From positions 22,694,001-22,758,000 of the forward strand of contig CM075988.1 of the NCBI GenBank assembly GCA_038087875.1: a stretch of 64,000 nucleotides of DNA, in the 5' to 3' direction. Below are positions 12,449-24,946 of the stretch, one piece after another. Under the pieces are notes generated by a model. The model worked only from the letters and a program-made list of their open reading frames with translations, ran no database searches and had not been told where the DNA came from. The position numbers and the translations under genes were made by a program. Each line of letters starts with the position of its first letter. Positions within the stretch are counted from its first letter, which is position 1. This DNA is from Malacoraja senta (Eukaryota).

Positions 12449-12654
12449 TGTAAATCACTTCAAAGCATATAAGATTTACACACATCTTTAATCAGCACAT
12501 TAACTTGGCAGCATTACAGAGCGAGGTGTTGTCAGTTCATCCTGGCTGCTTCAACTAACGGTGCTGGGAATGGGCGTTAGTATAAATGTTATAATGGGGT
12601 GGAGTTAGTGATGCTAGCTAAGTGTGATTGATTCACATGCATCATCAATCTACA
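12449..12654 (-). repeat. 3' LTR (206 bp)
   Basis: Direct repeat of 13598-13803; I found one mismatch. Adjacent to the PPT. Confidence 0.95.
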
Positions 12655-12681
12655 TCCTTCCCCCTAAAGATTAAAAGCATA

Positions 12682-13531
12682 TTAAACATACTCGCCATAC
12701 CTGTCTGGTGGTCTACTAACACGGCCCGAACGCGTGCGGACCCAACCATCCCCTCCCTCAACTGAAGGATGAGGCGGAGAGGCTGAAGGTGAAAACCGCA
12801 CGGGAGAGGATTGTGGTGACTGAGGGGGGAAACATGCGGTGGGTGAAACCCCGTGGTTAGTGGAGACAGATGGACGTGGGGGAGTGCCAGGCATGCGGGG
12901 ACGGGCGGGAGACATTGCGGAAGGCGGCTGGAACTGGAGCGGCGGAGCATATGGATCGGCAGGCGGCGGTCGGGGCTCCTTCACAGCAAGCAGGTGTTGA
13001 CGACTTCTCCGGTAAACCGCTCCCTCACAGTCCACAAGGTACGATCGCGACTCATCAGTCGGGCGCACAACTACGACCAGACGAGAATGACCAGTTGGAG
13101 TTCGTAGACGGACGACCTGGCCCGGCAGTAGAGGCTGGAGTGGTCTGCTGGAACTGTCGTATGACCGTTTCTGGGTATCGTGCTTCTCTTGGAGACGTTG
13201 CTGGATAGTGGCGGGCTTCAACACCCGAAGAACCAGCTGCTGTTGTGCGATGGGGACCGGAGACCTCGTCACCCTTGACAGCAGCCGCTGTGCTGGTGAC
13301 CCCAAGATTCCGTCTCTTGCAATGTTTCTGAGATTCAGTAGATCGAGATAGACGTCAGACTTTGAAATGCGCGCTCCCTCCAGCAAGTGCTTGGCGCTTC
13401 TGACAGCGCGTTCAACGAGTCCATTACTCTGTGGATACTCGGGACTGCTTGTGACATGCTGGAAGTTCCATCGGTCGGCGAAAAGCTTGAACAAGTGGCT
13501 GGTGAACTGTGGACCATTGTCGGTTCTCAGA
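12682..13531 (-). pseudogene. Truncated Gypsy integrase (second D and E of DDE plus C-terminal domain), uninterrupted frame
   Basis: LRTDNGPQF..HVTSSPEYPQSNGLVERAV..SPAQRL..YRRSRQHL..RTRSGRVSRPPDRY. The zinc finger and first D are absent. Confidence 0.9.
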
Positions 13532-13582
13532 ATAATGGCTGATAATTCTCAGAAAACCGTTATACAAGAGGAGTGGGTAGGA

Positions 13583-13597
13583 CCACTTCTGACACCA
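13583..13597 (-). promoter_or_regulatory. Primer-binding site, complementary to a tRNA-Leu 3' end
   Basis: TGGTGTCAGAAGTGG lies immediately after the 5' LTR and complements the recalled tRNA-Leu(CAA) end ...CCACTTCTGACACCA. Confidence 0.8.
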
Positions 13598-13803
13598 TGT
13601 AAATCACTTCAAAGCATATAAGATTTACACACATCTTTAATCAGCACATTAACTTGGCAGCATTACAGAGCGAGGTGTTGTCAGTTCATCCTGGCTGCTT
13701 CAACTAACGGTGCTGGGAATAGGCGTTAGTATAAATGTTATAATGGGGTGGAGTTAGTGATGCTAGCTAAGTGTGATTGATTCACATGCATCATCAATCT
13801 ACA
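13598..13803 (-). repeat. 5' LTR (206 bp)
   Basis: Direct repeat of 12449-12654; adjacent to the PBS. Confidence 0.95.
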
Positions 13804-13849
13804 CTATGTTGTTCCCTTTGAGGTAAGGTTAGCTCCGTCAAGCCTATGG

Positions 13850-14063
13850 ATGGACTGTGGAGAGGGAGGGAGTACTCGGGGATGAGGGGAAATGAGCCGT
13901 GCCTGCAGAGTTAGGGGCTATGGGTGAGTGGTGGAATATTGCGTTGGAGGAACGGGTTGCGTTGGGGGAACGGGTGAGTGGTGGATTATTGCGTTGGGGA
14001 ATGGGTTGTGTTGGTGGACCAGGCCTCCCGTGTGACTGGAACCCAACGGGTCCCACAGTCTAG
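13850..14063 (+). mobile_element. Helitron 3' fragment (5'-truncated)
   Basis: Homologous to 8640-8818; ends GGAACCCAACGGGTCCCACAGTCTAG|T. Confidence 0.75.
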
Positions 14064-14840
14064 TGGCTACTAAAACTGTTCTGGTTTCTATGGACAGATA
14101 ATCTCTATTTTTTACAAATTAGTAGTGGAGCTAAGCGATATTTTACTTCAAATATGAAAAAATATTTGACCGTGATTTTCTTTTCTACAGTTTTTTTATA
14201 GTAGCAAAGTATTGAGTCGGAATCTGATTTAATATTGATCTTATCTGTCAAAGATTCATAGAATGGAGAGGCTGGCAGCAAAATGTGTTTGAATGCAGCA
14301 CTTTCTGTTCTGGGCTCTGAACCTAGAATGCACCCTGGCTCAATTTACTAAATGAAACCGCATCAATGGAGTATGATTATCTGTAGTAACAGAAAATACA
14401 TTACCTATTAATAAATGGTCAAATTTGAGCAAATGTGCTTGGTAAGATTTCTTATGAAAGTAGTGCTTTATTAATGCACAAATTCACAGGATTGTGTGGT
14501 GATTCTTAAACTAAAGACATTTTGAGCGGGCATAAAATAATCTGAAATTAATAGTTTACCTTGATTAATTTAGGTGTATGAATGTATTACATTATTAGGA
14601 AAACCAAGAAAGTAATAAGAAAATGTAATTTAGCTCTCCAAACACCCTCCCACACCTCTGAAAGGGAATTCTGAAAAATATCTTCCTGAGCCTGAAGGCA
14701 AACATGAAATTGGAAAGACACAGTGGAACCCTAATTCCTTTATTGCAGGGTTATATAACTGATTTCTTGAAGATTTGTCAATACATTTGGCTACTATCAC
14801 AGACTATCCAGCATATGAGAAAATATATTAGCAATATATA

Positions 14841-15347
14841 GAGGAAGGACATTCTTGGTATTGAGGGAGTGCAGCGTAGGTTCAGAAGGTTAATTCCCGG
14901 GATGGCGGGACTGTCATATGCTGAGAGAATGGAGCGGCTGGGCTTGTACAGTCTGGAATTTAGAAGGATGAGGGGATCTTATTGAAACATATAAGATTAT
15001 TAAGGGTTTGGACACACAAGAGGCAGGAAACATGTTCCTGATGTTGGGTGAGTCCAGAACCAGGGGCCACAGTTTAAGAATAAGGGGTAAGCCATTTAGA
15101 ACGGAGATGAGGAAACACTTTTTCACACAGAGAGTTGTGAGTCTGTGGAATTCTCTGCCTCAGAGGGCCGGTTCTCTGGATACTTTCAAGAGAGAGCTAG
15201 ATAGGGCTCTTAAAGATAGCGGAGTCAGGGGATATGGGGAGAAGACATGAACAGGGTACCGATTGTGGATGATCAGTCAGGATCACATTGAATGGCGGTG
15301 CTGGCTCGAAGGGCCGAATGGCCTACTCCTGCACCTATTGTCTATTG
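14841..15347 (+). mobile_element. CR1 (HER1-like) LINE 3' fragment
   Basis: ESRTRGHSLRIRG..RKHFFTQRVVSLWNSLP motif and tail GGGCCGAATGGCCTACTCCTGCACCTATTG. Confidence 0.9.
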
Positions 15348-17179
15348 CCTAGTGCCAATGGATGTTATCTTTCCGGTAAAATCTGGGTAATGTTTTGGTC
15401 CATATTTTCATATTGTGAGCTTGTCAGACCCAAAGAGGAAAAAGGTATCATGGACCTGAGTGAACCATTGTGTGTTTATCATGTAATCAAATATATAAAA
15501 TGAGTATTAATTTTGAGAATTATCGTAGTTGGAGACTAAAGAAAAGATGGAGAAAAAGATATACCATAAATTTTACATTTTTAAGAAACTCAATAAAAAT
15601 TAGTACCTCAAAGATTATCTGATATAATCTTGATTAGATTATAGTTGCTAAATCTTTGAGAGGTTAATTGAAGTATGTCATTTAAAGTACTGCTAATCCA
15701 GGATAATTTAAGTGTCCTCAAATAGCTCCTAAATAAACTTCTTGTGCACTTCAATGGATTTTTATGATGTGTGAGGCTGAGAGAGTACATTTTCACAAAG
15801 CAATTTTTGGATTACTGCCTGTAATTGTCCGACGTTGCTACAGCAATAATGTCTGAGTAAAAGTGAGCGCATTGATATTTTCATTGTAGATAATGGGTTA
15901 TTTGTCTTTTTTTTTTCCTAGTTTGCTTTTTCCAACTTTGTTTTAAAATAATTATTGTTAGCCATCTAATTCCATAAGATGTCGATGCCACTACTACTTG
16001 GTTAACATTTAACAAATAAGTTTGTAATTGTATATGTGGTTTTTTTACTTGTAGCTCAAATATAATAGTCTGCTTGCAATTCTTTTATTCATTCTTGTCC
16101 ATGTTGAAAACCAAGATCACAAGTTCCTCAACCTTTTTTCCATTGAAAATGTTCTGATGTTGGGATGTTACTGTCTGCGGTTATCCTTTGGGCTTGCAAT
16201 TGCCTGAAACCTTTCCGAAGCACTGGCCAAAAGTTTGCACAGTATTCCAGTGTGGCCTCACTAATGATATACACAAGGTTAAAATAACGCAGTAACAAAG
16301 TAAACTAGAAATCAAACTAATGACAGTAGCAGATGTTAGCTGTTATTTCACAATTCAAACTTCAGAAATATTAGTAGTGAGTAATAATTGTTTTAGTGCA
16401 TGTTTGCACTGTTGCAACTTGCACTTTCATGGATTATTGATAAAATGGCTAAGAACTGTGGTGATTTTCTAAATAGATAATCAGTTGTGAAAATTCTAAA
16501 TTATCATGTATGAAGCATATTTTCAACATATCCACATATGTGTGCATGTACAAGGCTTGCGTGTGAGATGGAGAGAAGATTGTTTATTTACTTTATGTCT
16601 AATGATTAAATTCCAATCTTTGAAATGAGCTCTGTTTTGGGAGCTGCATTATTATTTGAAGGAGCATTGTTATAGCAGTTTTGAAAATATGGTAACCCAA
16701 AGTTTATTACTGGCTTTAAAGCAGACACAAAAATGTTTAAATTTTTTTGTGGAATTATTATTGTACAAAATAATACATTAGCAGCCTTGCATATAAACTG
16801 TGTACTTTCAATAACTATTGTCAATGCTATGAATTTAATTTGTTAATCCTTTTGCTTAGTAATTTTTTTTAAACGATTCGCAGCGGAGATAGAGAAAAAA
16901 AAGTTGGTGCTTTCTAATCATCCATGCTTGTCTTTAAAAGGAATAATAAAAATAAATGTATGATATAATGTCATTAGTGTGATACCCATGATAACTTTGC
17001 TTGTGATGTTTGTTTGATTTTCTTCTGTTGGAAAATATAAATTCCAGTTCATTGTTATTTACCTTGAAGTTATTTTTTAACTTGTTTTCCTATTTTCGCA
17101 ATTGAATGTTTTTACTTGACCTTTTCTCAAAGCCACTTGGACTAGAGGCAATAGAATTGCTTTCATTAACGCAAATGAA

Positions 17180-17830
17180 AATGGTGGAAACTCAGCAGTT
17201 TATGTATCATCTGCGGAGAGAGAATCATAATTAATATTTTAGGTTGAAAACCCTTCATCCGAATTGTGAAAGTGAGAAAACATTTTAGTTTTATGTTGCT
17301 GAGAGGATGTGAGGGATGTATAGGAGAGGTCAGGGTTGCTGAAGCTATTCTAATATTCACTGAGACATTCGGTTGAAAGCTTAATGAGGGCAGTTAGAGA
17401 TGGAGACTGAAGCCAAAAGGAGAATGCTGTAAGTACCCAGCACAACAGACCGTATCTGTTCAGAGTAAAATACCAAGTGCAGATTAGAGCTAGATAGCCT
17501 TATAACTGAATTGGCCAATGTTTACAAATGGAACAGGCTATTTACTTAAAATTATTCCAATCGATATTGAGACCCCAAGGCTGCAGCATTCCCAGAAAAT
17601 AGATGAATTGTTGTTCTTCAAGTTTATATTGAGTCTTGCTGGAACTGTATGGGAGGCCTGAGGATAGAGAAAGTGAATGGCAACTGGAAGCTTGGGGTCT
17701 GACAAACAGAATCATGCTGCAAAATGGTTAGCATGCAACAAAAGCTTTTCACTGTACCTCAGTACACATGACAATAAACAAAACTAAACTAAATGGTATC
17801 CAATCCGCATTTGGTTTCTCCATTGTAGAG
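17180..17830 (-). mobile_element. Old degraded Penelope-like fragment(s) with a short Rex/Babar tail at about 17725-17795
   Basis: GGAAACTCAGCAG...CATCTGCGGAGAGAGAA...AAACCCTTCATC is a PLE-like end. The nested tail contains TGACAATAAAC. Confidence 0.5.
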
Positions 17831-19297
17831 AAAACTTGGAAGAAGTGCAGCCATTTAGATTTCAACAATTTCAATTAGCTTTTTGTGTAATTTCTTTCCA
17901 GGTCTTCACTGGATTAACTGAAATACATTCATCATATATTTACTGGGCACATCATTTGTGTGCCAAGGGTGGGAACAAAGCAGGGAATGTGGCCAGGTGT
18001 GTATTTGGAGGCTGGTTCTGCAGCATACCCGGGAGCGAGAACTGGTGTGCAGCTGCGAGAACAGGTGTGTGGATTCTTATAGTGCCAGGAATGGGGATGG
18101 CACGGTTCCCACATTTTTAGAGCTACCTCTCACCAAATTTAGAATTTGATGTTTGCCTTCAGTGTGCAGGCATTATCTAAGGAAAAAGATGCATGAAGAC
18201 CAAGGCATCAAAACCTTGTCGTAAACATATGGTCCACCAAGCAGAGGTGATACATGACATTTTATGTTTCTGAGATTTGGATTTTTGCAATGTCACTGCT
18301 TTCTGTGACATTGCAGATGTTAAGCATGCAGCTTCACGCCACATCACAAATGATCTACCTGCCTTTCATAGCAAGCAGTTCCAGCTCCAAAAATGTTAGT
18401 ATCTGCAGACAATATTGGCTTCATTAGCTGCCTCAATATGTGCAGAAGTGGAGTGGCAACAAATTATGCTTGATCCTGAAGGACTGTCTTAGAAGAAGAC
18501 CCTATTTAAAATGTTACTTCAAGGCTTAAGCCATAATTTAACTACCGTAATTGTTTCTCTTCCACTCTGCTGAAGATTTGTGTAAAAGAAGTTAGGTTGT
18601 GTACTGATTCTTCTATGTGTAACTCAGTAAAAGTGTAACTTTAGGTGGAAAGTTTGCTAATCAATGATTTGTTAAATTTAAGCATGCTTGTAATACGTTT
18701 CTTTAGAATTTCTTTGACGACTCCCACCGATTGGATGCAAGAGGATATGATGAAATATGCATGTTTAATACCATATTGTTCATTCAAGTAGAAATGAATG
18801 AAATCGAGGTCCATTGTTTGAGACTGATTTGTAAAAAATAATCTCGCAGTCTTTAATACTATACTCTTGTGGTACAAGACCTGAAATATTCTACTTAAAT
18901 TTATTTTTAATGGTAACCCATGAATATTAAGAAATTGTCAATCCCTTTCTCACAATAATTGAGGTTTCATTGACATTTTCCAACTTTTTAAAGGTATCTT
19001 TGTTGTTTTGGCTCGGCAGTCTTGGCAGACAGAACACTAGTTGACAAGCACTTTAAGCTTTTTACCTAAGCCACAAAACTTCCAGCAGTTAACTTCATAC
19101 ACACAATGTCAGAACATTCGATAAGAGCTTTCCTAAATTTGTCTTTTCAATGCAACCATGTGTCCTAATTTAACAGTTTGTTCCATTGATATTTCATTTT
19201 GTCAGCTGCCTTTTGCCTTTATCTGGGCATCATGCTTCAGATCATCCTTTCAAAAGTGTTTTGAAACTCTCATTTGACAAAGATTGTATAGTGTCTT

Positions 19298-19532
19298 AGA
19301 AGCATGGAAAATAGGTGCAGGAGTAGGCCATTCGGACCGTCGAGCCAGCACTGCCATTCAATATAATCATGGCTGATCATCCAGAATCAGTACCCCGTTC
19401 CTGCTTTCTCCCCATATCCCTTGATTCCGTTAGCCCTAAGAGCTATATAACTCTCTGTTGAAAAAATCCAGTGAATTGGCCTCCACTGCCTTCTGTGGCA
19501 GAGAATTCTACAGATTCACAACTCTCTAGGTG
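19298..19532 (-). mobile_element. CR1 LINE 3' end
   Basis: Reverse complement of 15125-15345. Confidence 0.9.
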
Positions 19533-19892
19533 TAAAAGTTCTTGGGTAACTCCATTACTGCAACAATCTTCCAGTATTTTAAATGTGAAAATGTTATTCC
19601 CATACTGAATTCTATCTGGTAACCGTGACAATATATCAACAATCACATTTTGTTATGAGATTCTACATTCAATTATGTAATCATATTGGGAAAAGATTTT
19701 GCTCATTTGCATAATTGATGCAACCCTTTTTAATTCTCCGATTTAGGACCAAGAGAGAGAAATTTGTCTACTTAATGCTACATTATGGTGAGGTTATCAG
19801 CTACAGGCGGTATTCAACGTGTACTGTCTGTTCATTTGAAATGAGTGCTAGGAACTATCCAAAATTGTTTCCATTTGTTGGGAAATCGAACA

Positions 19893-20130
19893 CAATAGAC
19901 AATAGGTGCAGGAGTAGGCCATTCGGCCCTTCGAGCCAGCACCGCCATTCAATGTGATCATGACTGATCATCCCCAATCAGTACCCCGTTCCTGCCTTCT
20001 CGCCATATCCCCTGACTCCGCTATCTTTAAGAGCCCTATCGAGCTCTCTTGAAAGAATCCAGAGAACTGGTCTCCACCGCCCTCCGAGGCAGGGAATTCC
20101 ACAGACTCACAACTCTCTGTGTGAAAAAGA
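19893..20130 (-). mobile_element. CR1 LINE 3' end
   Basis: Reverse complement of 15120-15347. Confidence 0.9.
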
Positions 20131-20195
20131 CTCTCTGTGTGAACACCAGAGATTAGTCTCAAAATTAGACCCTATTGAGACTGAAGTTAGGAGTT

Positions 20196-20624
20196 GTATT
20201 AAAAGTATAACAGCAAAATAGCTGTAGCATAGCTACTAGATTACTACCGCATACCTCCAACAAACTGGATTCAATCCTTGCCTCTGGAGCTGTCTGAATT
20301 CATTTAGCATGTTCTCACTATGACCAGATGCCCTTGTTTATTTCCATATCCCAAAGATGTATGGGTTGGTGTGTTAACCAGCCACTAACCACATCTAAAT
20401 TGCCACTAAAATGGAATCTGGGAGTGGGAGTTGATGGGATTGTGAAGAGAATAAAATGGGATTATTTTCAATGGGTGCTTGATGGTGCAGACTCGGTGTG
20501 GCAAAGGCCCCATTTCCTTACTGTATAACTCTTGACCATAACGGTTTCCACAGTTGAAGTGGAAATAAAGGTTTAGAAGCTGCTGTCATGAGCAGCAATT
20601 GATACAATGTCAAATTAATAATTT
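20196..20624. repeat. 429-bp direct repeat, copy 1 (includes an old tRNA-SINE at about 20215-20530)
   Basis: Matches 22696-23124 at an offset of 2500, with about 5 substitutions by eye. Confidence 0.95.
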
Positions 20625-22695
20625 ATTTATTATTTTTTATTTTTTAAATTTTTTTATTTATTAGAAGTACATTACATTACAACCACATACATTAGTACTC
20701 GTCACTTATGTCTTCTTACAATTAATGTACTCCATTTGTTTTTTACACTAGTAAAAGGAAAGGATAAGATTGAAAGAAAGAAGAAAATGAAGGAAAAAGT
20801 GAGAGTGTAGAAAATGTGACAACAAAAAAGGACGAAGACCCTATAAGAACAAAATTAAAAACAAACAAAAAAGAGTTAAGAAATAGACCCTAGAAAAGAA
20901 GGAGAAAGAGAAAGAGGAAAAAGAGAGAAACAAATATTTTTTATGAGCATTACGCAAATAGGACATACCAACTCTTCAACTATCATCCCCCATTACCTGA
21001 CCTCAATTTTTTTAAGGTACCTTTGCACCCTATATTTGTAATAATTCTATAAATGCAGACCACGTCAGGTGGAAGTGATCTGGTTTACCTGCTAGGAGGA
21101 GTCTTATCTCTTCTAGGTGTAATGTTTAGAACATATTTGAAATCCACGTTTATAGTTGGTATTGGAGCCTTCTTCCAAAATTTTAGGATTAGCTTTTTTC
21201 CAGTTATTAACCCATAGTCTATTAGTTTCTTTTGAAACACATTTAGTTCTGGACCATCTTCCGTTATTCCGAAGATAATCCATTCTGCTTTGGGTATCAG
21301 TTTTATTTTAAATAATTTTGTAAAGATTTCAAAAATTTCATTCCAAGATTTTTGAATTTTTGTACAGAAAACAAATGAGTGCGCTATAGTAGCTTCTTGG
21401 GATTGACATTTATCACAAATAGATGATACATTTGGGAAAATGTTATGGATTTTAGTTTTGGAATAATATAATCTATGTAAAATTTTAAATTGTATTAAAG
21501 TGTGTCTTACATTAATCGAACATTTATGCACGTTTAATAAGTGTTCATTCCAACTTTCCTTTGAAATTTTAATAGTTAACTCTTGTTCCCAGTCTCTTCT
21601 GATACCCTCCGTAGATGGTATTTCTACATTTAAGATAATATTATACAAATATGATATTAAGTTTGATGATTCAGCTTTTATCTGCATTGCCTCATCCAAT
21701 ACATCTGCTGGGTTATTATAATGATCTTTTGTATCTTTTTTCAAATAGTCGCATATTTGAAAATATTTAAAATATTGATTATTTCCGAGTTTATATTTTA
21801 TTTGTAATTGTTGAAATGAAAGTAATTTTCCAGTTTCATACAAGTCACCGAACGTTTTAATTCCTAGTCTATCCCAATGTGTAAAAGCTTTATCTATAAT
21901 AGAGGAATTAAACGAAGGGTTATTAACTATGGGTAATAAAAGTGATAAATTTCTTAATTTTAAATTTTGTTTTATTTGTTTCCAAATTCGGATTGTGCTA
22001 TGAATAATTGGGTTCTTATTATAATTTATATTATTCAGTTTCATTGGAGAGAGGAGGATCGCTCCAATGTTTCCAGAGGAGCAATCCTATTTCTCCATTA
22101 CAATCGAGTCCACTTGCTGGGCGGAGTTATCCATCAGTTGAATCATATTTTTAATATTTACTGACCAATAATAATACATAAAATTAGGTAGTGCTAAACC
22201 CCCTAATACTTTAGATTTATTCAGATGAGTTTTTTGTATTCTATGTGATTTATAGTCCCATATAAAATTAGTGATATCTGAGTCGAGTTTTAAAAAAAAC
22301 TTCTTTGGTAAGTATATAGGAATCGATTGAAATAGGTATAAAATTTGTGGTAGAAAGATCATTTTTATTGCATTTATTCGGCCTATTAAAGACATCGGGA
22401 GCGTTTTCTAGAATTTAATTAGTGTGTTTAATTTATTAAGTAGGGGATCAAAATTTGCCTTAAACATACCTTGATATGTTCTAGTAATTTCGATTCCCAA
22501 GTATTTAAATTTTTCTGTAGCTATTTTAAAAGGGAATTTTAAAAGATGTGTTGAATCTTTCGGTTTTATTGACATAATTTCACTTTTATTCCAATTTATT
22601 CTATATCCAGAAAAAGATCCAAAGTCTTCAATTAAATTTAATATATTTGGTATAGTGATTTGAGGTTTTGTAATGTACAGTAATATATCATCCGC
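20625..22695 (-). mobile_element. 5'-truncated L1 LINE (ORF2 from YADD to the CCHC knuckle, 3' UTR, A-rich tail)
   Basis: Minus strand shows (Y)ADDILLY, SGYRINWNKS, FKYLGI, GGLALPNF, QFKILHRLY and CDKC..HSFVFC. A-rich tail at 20625-20660; several frameshifts. Confidence 0.92.
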
Positions 22696-23124
22696 GTATT
22701 AAAAGTATAACAGCAAAATAGCTGTAGCATAGCTACTAGATTACTACCTCATACCTCCAACAAACTGGATTCAATCCTTGCCTCTGGAGCTGTCTGAATT
22801 GATTTAGCATGTTCTCACTATGACCAGATGCCCTTGTTTATTTCCATATCCCAAAGATGAATGGGTTGGTGTGTTAACCAGCCACTAACCACATCTAAAT
22901 TGCCACTAAGATGGAATCTGGGAGTGGGAGTTGATGGGATTGTGAAGAGAATAAAATGGGATTATTTTCAATGGGTGCTTGATGGTGCAGACTCGGTGTG
23001 GCAAAGGCCCCATTTCCTTACTGTACAACTCTTGACCATAACGGTTTCCACAGTTGAAGTGGAAATAAAGGTTTAGAAGCTGCTGTCATGAGCAGCAATT
23101 GATACAATGTCAAATTAATAATTT
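22696..23124. repeat. 429-bp direct repeat, copy 2
   Basis: Matches 20196-20624. Confidence 0.95.
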
Positions 23125-24197
23125 CAAATAGAAAATTAATGGATTAAGGAAATGGGGAAACAGTTATATAGAGTTAGATCAGAAATTAGACATGATTTTG
23201 TTGATAGAATAGGATGGAGAAATAAATGGACTGTTCCCATTTTGGGTGTTGGTTACTGTTGAAGAATCAAAGCCTGTAAATGTGACAATTATTACCAGAT
23301 CTTAATCCAGAGAAAAAATAGCTATGGTAATTTGAAAGATTAAAATTATGATGTATTTACTACAGGGCATGTTAGAACACTACTTATTAAGTTGTGTTGA
23401 AGCAAACTATTAGTTAAGTTTCTGACTCATCAGACTAAGTGGCTGAAAATAATTAGTCATCTTTTTGTCAGCTGAAGTTGCCACAAGATGACTCGTTCTT
23501 ACTGAAATTTACACAAGAGGCTATTTGTGCATTGTTATTGGACAAAAATGAAAGTATTCAGTTAACTTCCCAGTGCATTTTGGGACATCATAAACTTCAC
23601 AGATGTTGCTCTGTAGCCTTACACAGCATGGCTCTTCAGATGTGCTTTCAGTAACTTTTAAATATGATGAGCATTTCTACTTCCACTAATCCTTCAGAAG
23701 GCAAGTTTCAAAATTCCAAATCTTAAATGAAAATTTTCCTGATCTGGCTCCTTATCGCCATGTTCCTTAATTATGAAGCACTACCAAGGGAAATAAATCC
23801 TGTTCATGATTTCTGATCTTACCCTAATTTTGTACACCTGAATTAAATCTTCCTTCATTCTGCAATGCCTCAAATAAATATCTAGTCTCTGCTAATAGAA
23901 ATTCTCCAGCCAGCCTATATTTTTGTGATTCTCCATTGCATTTTTTTCTATAGAGTTATAAAAAATTGTTGCACTCTAGTCTTAGAGTCCCAAACCATTG
24001 AAAAAAGATTAATTATCTACCATATCTATGCCTTCATAATCTGATAATCACCCCAAGCCACCTATGCTCCAGAGAGAATATATCCAGCATTTCCAATCTC
24101 TTGTAACTAAAATCTGTTCCAAACAACATCCTGGTGAATTTCATCTTCATTCTTCACTCTTTTAGAAACACACACTTCCTGCAGTGTGGCGAAGAAA

Positions 24198-24946
24198 CTA
24201 CCTCATCTGTGAAACATGGTGGTGGGGGTGTTAAGACCTGGGCATGTATGGCTGCTGAAGGTACTGGCTCACTTATCTTCATTGATGATACAACTGCTGA
24301 TGGTAGTAGCATAATGAATTCTGAAGTGTATAGACACATCCTATCTGGTCAAGTTCAAACAAATGCCTCAAAACTCATTGGCCGGTGGTTCATTCTACAG
24401 CAAGACAATGATCCCAAACATACTTCTAAAGAAACAAAGGAATTTTTCCAAAATGGCCAATTCTTGAGTGGCCAAGTCAATCACCTGATCTGAACCCAAT
24501 TGAGCATGCCTTTTATATGCTGAAGAGAAAACTGAAGGGGACTAGTCCCCAAAACAAGCATAAGCTAAATTTGGCTGCAATACAGGCCTGGCAAAGCATC
24601 ACCAGAGAAGACACCCAGCAACTGGTGATGCCCATGAATCGCAAACTTCAAGCAGTCATTGCATTCAAAGGATATGCAACAAAATACTAAACATGACTAC
24701 TTTCATTTACAGGACATTGCTGTGTCCCAAACATTATGGTGCCCTGAAATTTGGGGACGATGTATAAACACTGCTGTAATTTCTACATGGTGAAACCAAA
24801 ATGTATAGAAATTGCCTTTATTAAAATCTGATAATGTGCACTTTAACCACATGTGATTTTTTTTCTATTACAAATCTCAAATTGTGGAGTACAGAGGCAA
24901 ATAAATAAATGATGGGCCTTTGTCCCAAACATTATGGAGGGCACTG
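24198..24946 (+). mobile_element. Tc1 transposon 3' half (same family as 41377-43001)
   Basis: SVKHGGGG..WACM and ILQQDNDPKH motifs; right TIR ...CCCAAACATTATGGAGGGCACTG. Confidence 0.9.

Larger units (their letters stand above)
12449..13803 (-). mobile_element. Ty3/Gypsy LTR retrotransposon, internally deleted (non-autonomous)
   Basis: Two 206-bp TG...CA LTRs, 5-bp TSD CTATG (12444-12448 and 13804-13808), PBS TGGTGTCAGAAGTGG, PPT TTTAGGGGGAAGGA, and an integrase C-terminal ORF. Confidence 0.95.

Noticed and set aside
17836..18149. Possible exon after the acceptor-like TTTCTTTCCAG
   Set aside because: No recognisable protein in any frame and no supporting neighbouring exons. It could be non-coding conserved DNA; RNA-seq would decide.
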